Shown: in pieces, positions 1-9,714 of the stretch | Layout of the letters: every line of letters begins with the position of its first letter | How positions within the stretch are numbered: position 1 is the stretch's first letter | Source of the DNA: Treponema sp. | Lineage (GTDB): Bacteria; Spirochaetota; Spirochaetia; Treponematales; Treponemataceae | Reading direction: 5' to 3' | Assembly: GCA_017464425.1 (NCBI GenBank) | Contig: JAFUDX010000012.1 | Span: 139,861 to 203,860, forward strand | Length of the DNA: 64,000 nt | The notes under the pieces: model-generated | Database searches by the model: none | What the model was told of the DNA's origin: nothing | What the model saw: the letters and a program-made list of their open reading frames with translations, nothing else | Program-made: the position numbers and the translations under genes

Positions 1-2
1 AT

Positions 3-269
<267 letters not shown>

Positions 270-275
270 AAAAAT

Positions 276-298
276 CACCCCAACGCTCTGTTGGGGTG
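276..298. terminator. Stem-loop between convergent genes (CACCCCAAC / GTTGGGGTG, 5-nt loop)
   Basis: A 9-bp perfect inverted repeat was read directly. An A-run at 268-274 would give a U-run for the minus-strand gene. No T-run follows on the plus strand. Confidence 0.5.
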
Positions 299-318
299 TA
301 ATATGATATGTACTGCGT

Positions 319-537
319 TTATGCGTTTGCTACGAGTTTTTCTTCTTCAGCAACTTTAGTGAGGTAGCCTGTTCTTACACAGCTTTCAAAAAGTGCCTTG
401 CTGATGTAGTCGGTGGTGACATCATCATAGCCGTCTTTGTCACGGACGATACGAACGACATAGCCGTCGTCCATTTCGCGTACAACGGTCATGTAATCTG
501 AATTGCTTCCGATACTTTTAAGTGTATAAGTTCCCAT
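319..537 (-). CDS. Small hypothetical protein (about 72 aa)
   Basis: ORF 319..570. The internal ATG at 537 is preceded by GGGAGA at suitable spacing (minus strand 'gggagaaaaactATG'). I recognise no motif. Confidence 0.5.
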   Translation of the reverse strand: MGTYTLKSIGSNSDYMTVVREMDDGYVVRIVRDKDGYDDVTTDYISKALFESCVRTGYLTKVAEEEKLVANA

Positions 538-665
538 AGTTTTTCTCCCATTAAATCCAAAACTGGACAAACTTTTTTAGTTTTCTGAAAAATCCATCGC
601 AAAAGCGATGCCATACATTATTATTTTCGGTATACTGAATAAAATTTTTAGTATTTTTTAAGTTT

Positions 666-1430
666 TTGGAGCGTTTTTTGGCACGAATTTTCTGCGATTC
701 ACATGTTCACCTTTTTCATTCCGCTACTCCAGTCTTTTTACCTGATGAATCCTATGTGTGCGTCTCTTCATGCCATTCTAAAGAAGAATTTGAAGCGGTA
801 GGTCACTATCATGCGTCATTCGGCATTCACCCGCAAGTGGTAAATAGTCAGTATCTAAAAACTGATTTTCAAAGCGACCGTGATTATCTTGAAAGTCTTC
901 TTGCTGCAAAAAAAATCCTTGCGATAGGCGAGTGTGGCTTTGATTTTTTTACCCCTGAATTCAAATCCACCGCACGCGAGCAGGAATTTGTTTTTGAGCA
1001 GCAGCTTTTTTTGGCACAGAAATATCAGATTCCACTGGTACTTCACATCAGAAAAGCTGTCGAAAAAATTTTTTCGTATTCCCGTGAATTAAAAAAAGTT
1101 CCGTCCGTCATTTTCCATTCATTTCCGGGAACCTATCGGGAAGCAACATCAATTCAAAATCATGGAATTCATGCGTTTTTTTCGTTTGGAAAGCCGCTTT
1201 TAAACGGTAAAAAATCAGCGATTGACTGCGCAAAAAATCTTCCGATAGAATCTCTTCTTTTGGAAACTGATGCGCCCTACCAAACGCTCAAAGGCGAGCA
1301 TGAAACGAAGCCTGAAGAAATCAAGCGCGTGTATGAATCGGTCTGTGAACTTCGCAAAATCAAAATAGATGAACTCAGCGAAAGTATTTTTAAGAATTTT
1401 AAAAAAGCGTACCGGTGTGCCGAACTGTGA
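666..1430 (+). CDS. TatD-family metal-dependent hydrolase (DNase-like)
   Basis: TatD motifs are present in order: 'DSHVH', 'FGIHPQ', 'GECGFDFF', 'VLHIRKA', 'HSFPG', 'LETDAPY'. The start is TTG and uncertain. Confidence 0.8.
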   Translation: MERFLARIFCDSHVHLFHSATPVFLPDESYVCVSSCHSKEEFEAVGHYHASFGIHPQVVNSQYLKTDFQSDRDYLESLLAAKKILAIGECGFDFFTPEFKSTAREQEFVFEQQLFLAQKYQIPLVLHIRKAVEKIFSYSRELKKVPSVIFHSFPGTYREATSIQNHGIHAFFSFGKPLLNGKKSAIDCAKNLPIESLLLETDAPYQTLKGEHETKPEEIKRVYESVCELRKIKIDELSESIFKNFKKAYRCAEL

Positions 1431-1434
1431 TTCT

Positions 1435-2490
1435 CTAGCTTTCTGAAAGCTTTTTCCCCCCGCCTTGCGTCTGTGCGAGCGTCTTTCCGAGCTGACCGCA
1501 CGCACCGCCGATTTCCCGCCCGCGCCGAGTCCGCAATGTAACATTGATGCCCGCCTTTTCAAGGTGATACACGAAATTCTTGCATTCTTTTGTGCTAGGC
1601 TCAGAAAATTCCAAGCCGTCAACGGGATTCCACGGAATTAAGTTTATGTGCACATCAAGTCCGCGCGCAAACTGAATCATATTTGTGGCACTTTCAATGC
1701 TGGTATTTGTATCGTGAAGCAGTGCGGCTTCAAGCGTTACGCGTTTTCCTGTCTTTTTTGCAAAATAGTCGATTGCCTTCCGTAGCTCTGGAAGCGGATT
1801 TGTACGGCAGATGGGCATGAGTTTTTCGCGCAAATGCTCGTCAGCAGTGGTAAGCGAAACTGCAAGCCGAATCTGCGGTCCGTTATCTGCCAAGTCATAA
1901 ATGCCTTTGATTACGCCAGATGTTGAGAGCGTGATTCTGCGGCCTGAGAGTGCTCGCCCGTCTTTGTGAGTGAGGATTGCGATTGCTTTTCGCACATTTT
2001 CCAGATTCATCATTGGCTCGCCCATGCCCATAAACACAATATTGTCGAGCTGACCTGCATGTTTTTCGAGAGCCAAGAATTGCTCAACGATTTCGCCTGC
2101 GGTTAAATTTCGTGCCAAGCCCAAATGCCCCGTCTGGCAGAACGCACAGTTCATTGCGCAACCCACCTGACATGAGACACAGGCCGTTTTTCGCTCTTCA
2201 CGGTCGGTGAGCAAAACGGTCTCAACGGCAAGGGCGTCAGAAAGCGTAATCTGCAATTTTATGGTGCCGTCAGAATCTTTGAGGACTTTTGAGACTGTTG
2301 TGGAGCGCAAGAGAGCCGTTTCTTTGAGCGTTTCCCGAAAATCTTTTGAAAGATTTGTCATCTCATCGAAAGATTCTACGCCTTTTCCAATCCACTGAAA
2401 AATCTGCTTGCCGCGAAATCCTTGTGTGATTTCAAGTGATTCGCAGATTTCAGATGGCAAAAGCCCTGATAAACAAATTTTTGAATTCAT
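1435..2490 (-). CDS. rlmN: 23S rRNA/tRNA (adenine-C2)-methyltransferase RlmN (radical SAM)
   Basis: 351 aa. It has 'CVSCQVGCAMNCAFCQTG' (CxxxCxxC), 'FMGMGEP' and the C-terminal 'GGACGQL', all characteristic of the RlmN/Cfr family. Confidence 0.9.
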   Translation of the reverse strand: MNSKICLSGLLPSEICESLEITQGFRGKQIFQWIGKGVESFDEMTNLSKDFRETLKETALLRSTTVSKVLKDSDGTIKLQITLSDALAVETVLLTDREERKTACVSCQVGCAMNCAFCQTGHLGLARNLTAGEIVEQFLALEKHAGQLDNIVFMGMGEPMMNLENVRKAIAILTHKDGRALSGRRITLSTSGVIKGIYDLADNGPQIRLAVSLTTADEHLREKLMPICRTNPLPELRKAIDYFAKKTGKRVTLEAALLHDTNTSIESATNMIQFARGLDVHINLIPWNPVDGLEFSEPSTKECKNFVYHLEKAGINVTLRTRRGREIGGACGQLGKTLAQTQGGGKKLSES

Positions 2491-2495
2491 ACATT

Positions 2496-2527
2496 TAATC
2501 TGTGAAAATCTGTGTTAATCTGTGGAT
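2496..2527. repeat. CACAGAT-type triple repeat (single arm) filling the gap between the TPR gene stop and the rlmN start
   Basis: The plus strand reads TAATCTGTGAAAATCTGTGTTAATCTGTGGAT. It is near-identical to the right arm at 14324-14355 and is the reverse complement of the family member at 14232-14263. Confidence 0.65.
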
Positions 2528-3679
2528 TTACGCGTTCTTCTCAAGCCTGTTAATCATGTCAGCGATAGCAGGGGAGCGCACCCCGTAGCGAGAAACGCCC
2601 TTGAGTGTTTCAATAGCCTTTTGCTTTTGGTTGAGTTTAACATAGCAGTCTGCCAAATCGATATAGAATCGGAAGTTACGCGGATCGCCCTTAATCAAGC
2701 CCTGCAAACGCTCCGCCGCTTCTTCAAAACGACCTTCACCTTTGCAGATTAACGCCAATCCCAACGCCGCATAGACATCAAATTCAATATCCATTGCTTT
2801 GTTGTAATATTCGCTTGCCATTTTATAGTCGCCCGTGTTGCGGTATGCATCTCCAGCGCGGGTAAGAATGACTTTGTTGTTGGGATCCATCTCAAGAATT
2901 TTGTTCCAGTATTCGATGGAACGAAACTGCTGGTTCATGCCGCGATAACAGTCGGCCATGCCGAACAGCGCGTAAAAATTGTTCGGTTCTTTTTGCAATG
3001 CCCGCTCAAAATAGGTGACACCTTTTTCGAATGTTTTAAGTTTTCTGTGGCAGTTTCCGATTGATGTGAGTACGCGGATATCAACGAAATCTGTGTTTTT
3101 TTCGAGCATTTTTGTCCAATAGTACAATGCGTCGCGGTATTCTTTAAAATCGTAGTGAAGATGACCAAGACCGATGAGCGCATATGAATTGTCTTCTTCC
3201 ATGTCGAGCACGGAAAGATAAATCTCTTTTGATTTTTTGAAATCACGGATTTTGCGGTATGCATCTGCCACACGCGTAAGAACGGTGATGTTGCGGTCAT
3301 CGTGGGTAAGATATTGCTCCCAAATGCCAATCGCTTTGTGGAATTGATTCATTGCCTTGTAGCAATCGGCAAGCCCAAAAAGCGCATAATTATTGTTTGG
3401 GTGATACTCCAGACATTTTGAATAGAATTCTTGAGCGGCGCGGAAATTGTTCTTTTTGCGCTCCGCATCTCCCAAGCCCACGAGCGCGTAATTATTGTTT
3501 TCTTCGATGGTGAGAATTTTATTGAACGCTTCTTTTGCTTCTTCAATGCGGTTTTCTTTGATATACTGGTAGCCTTGCTTTGACAATTCTGAAATTTCGG
3601 CAGGAACTTTGCCTTCTTCTGGAACATAGTCCGTCATAGCTTCTGGAATTTCAAATTCCTTGAACATTTCATCGCTCAT
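2528..3679 (-). CDS. Tetratricopeptide (TPR) repeat protein
   Basis: 383 aa with about 9 tandem 34-aa units following the recurring pattern 'NNYALxGLADCYxxMNQ...AIxxW'. Confidence 0.8.
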   Translation of the reverse strand: MSDEMFKEFEIPEAMTDYVPEEGKVPAEISELSKQGYQYIKENRIEEAKEAFNKILTIEENNNYALVGLGDAERKKNNFRAAQEFYSKCLEYHPNNNYALFGLADCYKAMNQFHKAIGIWEQYLTHDDRNITVLTRVADAYRKIRDFKKSKEIYLSVLDMEEDNSYALIGLGHLHYDFKEYRDALYYWTKMLEKNTDFVDIRVLTSIGNCHRKLKTFEKGVTYFERALQKEPNNFYALFGMADCYRGMNQQFRSIEYWNKILEMDPNNKVILTRAGDAYRNTGDYKMASEYYNKAMDIEFDVYAALGLALICKGEGRFEEAAERLQGLIKGDPRNFRFYIDLADCYVKLNQKQKAIETLKGVSRYGVRSPAIADMINRLEKNA

Positions 3680-3713
3680 GATACATCCTCACTTTTTTTA
3701 AATAGGTTTAAAA

Positions 3714-4052
3714 TTATTTTAGCAGTATCGAGATGATACCTGCTATTTTTTCGTAAATGGCTTCTGACTTTGCCTTATTATTAGCCAAAAGATAATATTT
3801 GAGCGCCGTCAAACCACGATTTTGCTTGTAGTAAAGGTCTCCGATACGAACTAAGCCGTCGGAATAGCCAGTTGTAACAAAAATACGGCACGCAGCATCG
3901 TACTTGCCTTCATTAAACAGCACATTTCCTTTGCGATTAAGAACCGCTTTTTGTTCAGAAGAAAGCCCCTGAACGGGTTTATCGGTGACTTTGATAAATC
4001 CGTCTGGAATACTGTGAGTAGATAAAGTACTTTTTAATTTATTTTCGTCCAA
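3714..4052 (-). CDS. Hypothetical protein (single TPR/Sel1-like helix pair possible)
   Basis: 112-aa ORF co-directional with and just upstream of the TPR gene. It contains 'GKYDAACRIF...GDLYYKQNRGLTALKYYLLA'. Confidence 0.45.
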   Translation of the reverse strand: MDENKLKSTLSTHSIPDGFIKVTDKPVQGLSSEQKAVLNRKGNVLFNEGKYDAACRIFVTTGYSDGLVRIGDLYYKQNRGLTALKYYLLANNKAKSEAIYEKIAGIISILLK

Positions 4053-4167
4053 CTTTTTTTACCTAAAAAATCTTTTTACATATTACTATGCTATCACACT
4101 TTTTTCAAAAGTCAAGCACAAATTCTGAGTAATTTTAAGGCAATTTTTATTTTGCATAAAAAGAAAA

Positions 4168-4195
4168 TTGAAAAAACTCTAAAAAGTAGTATACT
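4168..4195 (+). promoter_or_regulatory. Sigma70-like promoter (TTGAAA-16 nt-TATACT) ending 6 nt before the dCMP deaminase ATG, implying a leaderless or near-leaderless mRNA
   Basis: The hexamers were read directly. No Shine-Dalgarno sequence fits between the -10 box (4190-4195) and the ATG at 4202. Confidence 0.4.
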
Positions 4196-4201
4196 GTAGG
4201 C

Positions 4202-4720
4202 ATGCCAAAGATTGATGAAAAGAAAGAACAAAATGAAGAAAAATACATTCGCCCCACTTGGGACGAATATTTTATGGAAGTCGCCCGCACTGTCGCAAAG
4301 CGCGCCACCTGTGACCGCGGAAGAAGCGGCTGCGTGATTGCCCGCGATAATCAAATTTTGGTGACGGGCTATGTCGGAAGCCCCGCGGGATTGCCGCACT
4401 GTGATGAAGTCGGGCATTTGATGAAGAAAATGCTCCACTCAGACGGCTCAATCAGCCAGCATTGTGTGCGCACCGTCCACGCTGAGCAGAACGCCATCTG
4501 CCAGGCGGCAAAGCGCGGAATTACGATTGACGGCGCGACCGTCTACTGCAAGATGACCCCGTGCCGCACCTGCGCCATGCTCATCATCAACTGCGGAATC
4601 AAGCGCGTCGTCTGCGAAAAACACTACCACGACGAAGCCGACAGCCTCGAAATGTTTAAGGAAGTCGGCATAAAGATAGAGCACTTGGAAGACGAAGTGC
4701 AGAAATACACGAATATGTAG
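4202..4720 (+). CDS. comEB: Deoxycytidylate (dCMP) deaminase, ComEB family
   Basis: Zinc-deaminase motifs 'HAEQNAI' and 'PCRTCA', plus the N-terminal 'TWDEYFMEVA' typical of dCMP deaminases. Confidence 0.85.
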   Translation: MPKIDEKKEQNEEKYIRPTWDEYFMEVARTVAKRATCDRGRSGCVIARDNQILVTGYVGSPAGLPHCDEVGHLMKKMLHSDGSISQHCVRTVHAEQNAICQAAKRGITIDGATVYCKMTPCRTCAMLIINCGIKRVVCEKHYHDEADSLEMFKEVGIKIEHLEDEVQKYTNM

Positions 4721-4833
4721 TGTGAAGTTAGCAGTTAGCAGGTAGGAGTGAGAAGTTGAAATTTTTTGTTATTGCGAGTCGCTTGCGACGAAGCAATCTA
4801 ACTGCTCACTGCTCATTGCTAACTCCTAACTTT
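4721..4833. repeat. Inverted arrays of TGAGAAG/TTAGCAG-type heptads flanking a central hairpin (4771-4797), filling the whole gap between convergent comEB and thrC
   Basis: Left arm: TGTGAAG TTAGCAG TTAGCAG GTAGGAG TGAGAAG TTGAAAT (4721-4762). The right arm (about 4799-4831) is the reverse complement of the same heptad family. The core is ATTGC-GA-GTCGC-TT-GCGAC-GAA-GCAAT. Confidence 0.6.
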
Positions 4834-6246
4834 CTACAGATTCTCCAACAGCCAGCTCTTGAACTGCTCGTAGTTGTTTTCCATCGGAATGGATTTGTCT
4901 TCGAGTTTGAGCACTTTTTCGAGTCGGTCGGGGATTGACGGAGACTGCCCCGTGGCTTTCTGCACGGTCGAGCCGAATTTTGCGGGGTGCGCCGTTTCGA
5001 GGATGATTCCCACCGCCTCTTTGTTGATTACTTTGTCTGCCCAAGAAGGCAAATTCGGCGTGAGACCCGGGTTTGTGATGTCATTCTTTGTGCCGTTTTT
5101 AAGAGCCTCCATACCGCCGTGGCGGATGTCGCTCCATGCCTTCCAGCCGACCGCACCGTGCGGGTCAATCGTGTAGCCTGTTTTGTCGAAACAGTTTTTG
5201 ATTGAGGCGATGATTCCCTCGTTATCAAGCCAGTATGAGGCGAAGAGTGAGCGTACTTCTTCGAGCGAGTACATTGCTTGGATTCGCTCGTAATTGCTCG
5301 GAGCTCCTACATCCATTGCGTTTGCGTAAGTTTCGACTGACGGGCGTGCTTTGTAGTCGCCCGTTGCAATCCAGTCTGGAATCGTGCGGTTTGAGTTTGT
5401 TGCGGCAACGAAGCCTGTAATCGGTGCGCCCATTTCACGCGCAATCAAGCCGCTCGTGAGGTTTCCGAAGTTTCCGCTCGGAACGACGCAGATAATCGCC
5501 GGATTTTCGATTTTGTTGTCTCCCCAGCTTCGCGAGCGCACGGCAAGAGAAGAGTACATATAGTAGAAACTCTGTGGCAAAAGGCGAGAAATGTTGATTG
5601 AGTTCGCCGAAGAAAGGCGGAGCTTTGCGCGCAATTCGTTGTCGGTGAACGCCGTTTTGACGAGTTTTTGGCAGTCGTCGAAAGTGCCTTTTACTTTGAG
5701 AGCGCGCACATTTCCGTCGAATGTTGAAAGCTGCTTTTCCTGAAGCTGGCTCACTTTTCCCTCTGGGTACAAAATCGTAACATCAAGCCCCGGAACATTG
5801 TGGAATGCGCTTCCGACCGCGCTTCCCGTGTCGCCAGAAGTCGCGACGAGAATGTGGAGCGGGGTAGACTCGCTTCGGTTAAAGTAAGACATAACGCGAG
5901 CCATAAAGCGCGCGCCGAAGTCTTTGAACGCACAGGTCGGTCCGTGGAAAAGTTCCAGCACATACGAAACTTTATCGACGGGAACGACTGGTGCTGTGAA
6001 CGGATACGCGTCTGCGATGATAGCCTTTAAATCTGAGTCGGGGATTTCGCCTTCAACATAGGGCTTTGCCATTTCAAAAGCGATGTCGCGGAACGACGGC
6101 TCCGGCGTTTTGTTTATGAAAGATGACGGCAATTTTGGAAATTCAACAGGGATATACAATCCGCCCGTTTTTTCGCTCATGCCGCTCATGACGGCATTTT
6201 TGAATGTCGTCTGTACTGATTTGTCTCGTGTGTCTGTGTAAATCAT
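4834..6246 (-). CDS. thrC: Threonine synthase
   Basis: 470 aa with the PLP-lysine region 'FHGPTCAFKDFGARF', plus 'ATSGDTGSA' and 'PSGNFGN'. Confidence 0.9.
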   Translation of the reverse strand: MIYTDTRDKSVQTTFKNAVMSGMSEKTGGLYIPVEFPKLPSSFINKTPEPSFRDIAFEMAKPYVEGEIPDSDLKAIIADAYPFTAPVVPVDKVSYVLELFHGPTCAFKDFGARFMARVMSYFNRSESTPLHILVATSGDTGSAVGSAFHNVPGLDVTILYPEGKVSQLQEKQLSTFDGNVRALKVKGTFDDCQKLVKTAFTDNELRAKLRLSSANSINISRLLPQSFYYMYSSLAVRSRSWGDNKIENPAIICVVPSGNFGNLTSGLIAREMGAPITGFVAATNSNRTIPDWIATGDYKARPSVETYANAMDVGAPSNYERIQAMYSLEEVRSLFASYWLDNEGIIASIKNCFDKTGYTIDPHGAVGWKAWSDIRHGGMEALKNGTKNDITNPGLTPNLPSWADKVINKEAVGIILETAHPAKFGSTVQKATGQSPSIPDRLEKVLKLEDKSIPMENNYEQFKSWLLENL

Positions 6247-6258
6247 TTTTATATCCTC

Positions 6259-7248
6259 TTAAATACCATATTTTATTTCGTTTGCGATTGCGTCCGACAG
6301 GGCTTTTCGTGCGTTGTCGAGGGCTGTCCAATCGTTTTTCTCTGTGACGGAAAGTGTTTTTTCGGTTTTAAATGTAATTTCACCGGTTTTTATGTCCATT
6401 GATTTGACCAGACCAGTGAGCGTGTAGGTGATTCCTGATTCAGATTTTTCGAGGGAATCAATTTTGACGGAGCCGTAAATGATGAATGAAGGGGCGATTG
6501 CCTTTGCCCGTGAAAGAATCCGCTGCTCGTTGTCTTGAATAACGGCATCAGTGACATCTTGCGGAGCATTTCCGATTTTTGTGAAGCCGAGTTTCATTAA
6601 TGTCATGAGAAGTTTTGAGGAAGAAACGGGATTTGAAGTGATTGCCTTGCCGTTTTGGTTGAAGTCGACCACTGCTATGACTCCGCCCGCTGATTTTTGA
6701 TTTGTCTGTACTTTGAATGGCGAGCGAATAGTGTTTTCTTGTGCAATCTGATCGATTTTTGCCTTTTCTTCGGTGCTTAGCTCTTCTGCAAGATATTTGG
6801 GATAGAAAGAAATGTGCGAATTGAAAGCAAATTCTGGCGCAGGAGGTAAAAATTCTGCTTTTCCTTCTGAATCGCTTGTGATTGCTGTTTCTGCAAAGAT
6901 GACTTCACCGTTTTTTCGCGATGCAGGATAGATGACCGTGATTTCGTATGATGCAATTGGCTTTCCGTCTGAATCTTCGACTTTTAAAAGATAGGGGGAA
7001 GTGAAGATTTTGCCTTTTGTGGTTTCTTTGGGTGAAGAAAGAAGCATGAGTTTTGATGATGAGACTTTTTGTGAATAGATTTCTGATGCACTTGGTGGAG
7101 ACGGAGACAGTTCTGCTACAACTGCTGCGGTTTCTCCTGTTTGAACTTGATTGTTTGTGGCTGATTGTGGCTGTGGGGTTGAGGCGCAAGAAAAAACTAG
7201 CAGAGCCACGATTAAAGAGCAAATCTCCGTGCGAATGGTAGATTTCAT
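6259..7248 (-). CDS. Putative lipoprotein of unknown function
   Basis: Signal peptide with lipobox 'LLVFSCAS'. The C-terminal half ('GGVIAVVDFNQNG...') is faintly LpoB/CsgG-like, and that resemblance is not firm. Confidence 0.55.
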   Translation of the reverse strand: MKSTIRTEICSLIVALLVFSCASTPQPQSATNNQVQTGETAAVVAELSPSPPSASEIYSQKVSSSKLMLLSSPKETTKGKIFTSPYLLKVEDSDGKPIASYEITVIYPASRKNGEVIFAETAITSDSEGKAEFLPPAPEFAFNSHISFYPKYLAEELSTEEKAKIDQIAQENTIRSPFKVQTNQKSAGGVIAVVDFNQNGKAITSNPVSSSKLLMTLMKLGFTKIGNAPQDVTDAVIQDNEQRILSRAKAIAPSFIIYGSVKIDSLEKSESGITYTLTGLVKSMDIKTGEITFKTEKTLSVTEKNDWTALDNARKALSDAIANEIKYGI

Positions 7249-7352
7249 AAAATTCCCCTCGTTTTTCTTTTTTTATATGCTCCATTATAGAAGAAATCCA
7301 TGAAATCTACAAGATAATATAAAAAAAAGTGAAAATAATACAGAAATTTTGT

Positions 7353-7381
7353 TTGACAATTTGCGCAATCGGTTGCACAAT
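7353..7381 (+). promoter_or_regulatory. Sigma70-like promoter of the LacI-family gene (TTGACA-17 nt-CACAAT), overlapped by operator copy 1
   Basis: The hexamers were read directly. The 12-bp operator-like motif lies in the spacer and -10 region. Confidence 0.4.
7365..7376. promoter_or_regulatory. LacI-family operator-like site GCAATCGGTTGC (copy 1)
   Basis: It has GCAA..TTGC half-sites around a CG centre, as in LacI/CcpA-type operators. The same 12-mer recurs at 7398-7409 and, reverse-complemented, at 12013-12024. Confidence 0.5.
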
Positions 7382-7397
7382 GAGAGTATGGGTATGA

Positions 7398-7409
7398 GCA
7401 ATCGGTTGC
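7398..7409. promoter_or_regulatory. LacI-family operator-like site GCAATCGGTTGC (copy 2)
   Basis: Exact repeat of copy 1, 33 bp downstream (about three helical turns) and upstream of the likely ATG at 7427. Confidence 0.5.
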
Positions 7410-7426
7410 GTAATGCTAATTACACG

Positions 7427-8383
7427 ATGGACGACATCGCACAGGAGCTGGGGCTTTCTAAAAGCACGGTTTCACGCGCATTGTCGGATTCAGGGCGAAT
7501 TAGTCTTGCCACAAGAAAAAAAGTTCAAGCGTTCGCAAAAGAGCATGGTTTTAAGCCGAATCTCGTGGCGCGTGCGCTTGCAGGGCAAAAGACGCTCAAT
7601 ATTGCGGCGGTCATGCCGCTTGAGGCGACTGCCTTGCAGATGATGTTTTTCCACGAGTGTCTTTCTGGCATCGTGACAAAGGCGAGCGAAGCGGGCTACA
7701 GCGTGCTTTTGTGCATGACGGAGAAAATCTTAGAGAGCGCGATTGAAAACCGCAAAATCGACGCCTGTATCCTCACGCAGCTCAAGCACGATGATGAAAA
7801 TGTCAAGGTTCTTCAAAAATCTGCGCTTCCGTTCGTAGTGATTGGAAGCGGGGCGGGCGAGCGGGCGATTCATGTTGACTCTCGCATGAAAGAAAACTGC
7901 GCTGACTTTACGGTGGAATGCGCTTCGCGCCTTGCAGACGGCTCTCAGGTGCTATTCGTGTGCGGGTCTCTCGATGTTGAGGCAAACAACAATCGTCTTT
8001 CTGGATTTTTGAGCGGCATGGAAAGCGACTCTCTTAAAGGAAAGACATTGCAGTATGCGGTCTGCACGGAAGCGAGCGACATGGCGGATGAAATCTCTCT
8101 CAAAAACTGGAACTTGATTCTCTGCTCGGACGATGTGGTTTGCTTGCAAGTGCTTAAAATCCTGCAAGAAAAAAATATCGCAATCGGAACTGATGTAAAA
8201 ATCGCGTCGTTCCATGACAGCGTTCTGCTTGCGACGCATGTGCCGCAAATCACTGCGCTCAAAGTCGATGCTGTTGCGCTCGGTGAAAAATCGTCGGAAC
8301 TTGCGCTCAAAGCCGTGCAAGGCGAGGCGTGTGAACATATGAATTACGTGGACTGCTCGTTTATGATGCGGGAGTCGGTATAG
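7427..8383 (+). CDS. LacI-family transcriptional regulator (galactan locus repressor candidate)
   Basis: N-terminal HTH 'MDDIAQELGLSKSTVSRALS' followed by a periplasmic-binding-fold body. I chose the start at 7427 because 7349-7426 holds the promoter and operator motifs. Confidence 0.85.
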   Translation: MDDIAQELGLSKSTVSRALSDSGRISLATRKKVQAFAKEHGFKPNLVARALAGQKTLNIAAVMPLEATALQMMFFHECLSGIVTKASEAGYSVLLCMTEKILESAIENRKIDACILTQLKHDDENVKVLQKSALPFVVIGSGAGERAIHVDSRMKENCADFTVECASRLADGSQVLFVCGSLDVEANNNRLSGFLSGMESDSLKGKTLQYAVCTEASDMADEISLKNWNLILCSDDVVCLQVLKILQEKNIAIGTDVKIASFHDSVLLATHVPQITALKVDAVALGEKSSELALKAVQGEACEHMNYVDCSFMMRESV

Positions 8384-8455
8384 TTCCTCACAGAGCAAAG
8401 GAGCACACAGAGAGAAAATTACACTAAGAAAAATCTCTGTGACCTCTGTGAGAAA
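8384..8455. repeat. CACAGAG/CTCTGTG imperfect long hairpin element (copy 1) directly upstream of the RBS of the binding-protein gene
   Basis: TTCCTCACAGAG..CACACAGAGAG...ATCTCTGTGACCTCTGTGAGAAA. It shares both ends with the copy at 16346-16420. Confidence 0.6.
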
Positions 8456-8474
8456 TTTAAAAAGGAGTTTTGTT

Positions 8475-9671
8475 ATGAAAAGAATTTTTAAACTGGGAAT
8501 CGTGCTTGCGTGTGCGGCGTTTGCTTTCATGGGTTGCAATGAAAAGAAAAACGCGAGTGGGCAGATTACGCTCACGGTGTGGGAGTCTACGAAAGGTCCT
8601 GATGAATTTATCAAAAAGGCGGGCGAACTCTACGAGGCGACCCACCCGAACATCAAAATTAAATTCCAGAATGTCGAATTGGGCGACTCAACGGGGCAGA
8701 TTGCGCTTGACGGACCTGCGGGAAAAGGCGCGGACATTTTTGCCGCTCCGCATGACCGCTTAGGCTCGCTCGTGACGGGCGGACATGTGCTTGCAACAAT
8801 GAACGCCGACGATGTGAAAGCCCGTGCGCTCCCTGCATGTGTTCAGGCACTCACTTACGACGGTACGCTCTACGGTTATCCCGTTTCAGCTGAGACTTAC
8901 GCGCTCTTCTACAACAAAAAACTGATTTCAGAAAATGAAGTTCCGAAAACTTGGGACGAGCTTGCTTCTTGGACGAGCGATTTCAATGCAAAGAACCCCA
9001 GAAAATACGGATTCGTGATGAATGTGGGCGAAGGCTACTACACGATTATCTTCACGACTTCTGACGGAAACCGCCTCTTCGGACCGAATGGCACTGACCG
9101 AAAGAATTCAAACATCAATTCCGAACAGTCGGTTGAGGGTATGAAATTCTTCCAGAATCTTCACAAAGTGCTTCCTGTTCCGGCTTCGGACTTGGATACG
9201 GCAACGGTTGACGGCGCGTTCCAGAGTGGAAACGCGGCACTGCACATCACGGGCTTGTGGAATGTGGTCGCCTTTGAAAAAGCGGGAATCGACTTCGGTG
9301 TGGCAGCTCTTCCTGCACTTCCCGGAAACAGCACGCCTGCTTCTTCATTCAGCGGAACTCGCGCAATGTTCGTTTCTGCCTACACAGACCACCCCGTCGA
9401 AGCAAATGATTTCGCCGCCTTCCTTATGAGCGATGAAATGCAGAAATTGCGCTTTGAAATCACGGGCGCGATTCCGAGCATTGACATTCCGCTTGAAAGC
9501 CCCTACGCGAAAGGCTTCTTGCAGCAGCTCGGCTACGCGTTCCCGATGCCCACAATCCCCGAAATGACGATGTTCTGGGAAGCCATGAACAACGCGAGCA
9601 AAAACATTTGGGACGGCGCGGATGTCAAAACCGAACTCGACGCATGTAACGCCGCAATGGTAGGAAAATAA
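8475..9671 (+). CDS. CUT1-family ABC transporter sugar-binding lipoprotein (CycB/GanS/MalE-like)
   Basis: An AAAGGAG RBS lies 7 nt upstream. The lipobox is 'FAFMGCNE'. The body is MalE/CycB-like ('LTVWEST...', 'ADIFAAPHDRLG', 'TGLWN'). Confidence 0.85.
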   Translation: MKRIFKLGIVLACAAFAFMGCNEKKNASGQITLTVWESTKGPDEFIKKAGELYEATHPNIKIKFQNVELGDSTGQIALDGPAGKGADIFAAPHDRLGSLVTGGHVLATMNADDVKARALPACVQALTYDGTLYGYPVSAETYALFYNKKLISENEVPKTWDELASWTSDFNAKNPRKYGFVMNVGEGYYTIIFTTSDGNRLFGPNGTDRKNSNINSEQSVEGMKFFQNLHKVLPVPASDLDTATVDGAFQSGNAALHITGLWNVVAFEKAGIDFGVAALPALPGNSTPASSFSGTRAMFVSAYTDHPVEANDFAAFLMSDEMQKLRFEITGAIPSIDIPLESPYAKGFLQQLGYAFPMPTIPEMTMFWEAMNNASKNIWDGADVKTELDACNAAMVGK

Positions 9672-9672
9672 A

Positions 9673-9707
9673 CGGAAAATTGAAAACGGAAAGCTGAAAA
9701 AGGGGAA
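9673..9707 (+). repeat. 7-nt periodic purine-rich tract (CGGAAAA TTGAAAA CGGAAAG CTGAAAA AGGGGAA) in the intercistronic spacer
   Basis: Five heptads were read directly between the stop at 9671 and the ATG at 9715. Confidence 0.5.
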
Positions 9708-9714
9708 CTTTTTT

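Noticed and set aside
4721-4833. The heptad and word repeats here, and at 11871, 18324 and 24702, could be CRISPR-like arrays.
   Set aside because: The units are 7 nt with no spacers, far below CRISPR repeat/spacer dimensions.
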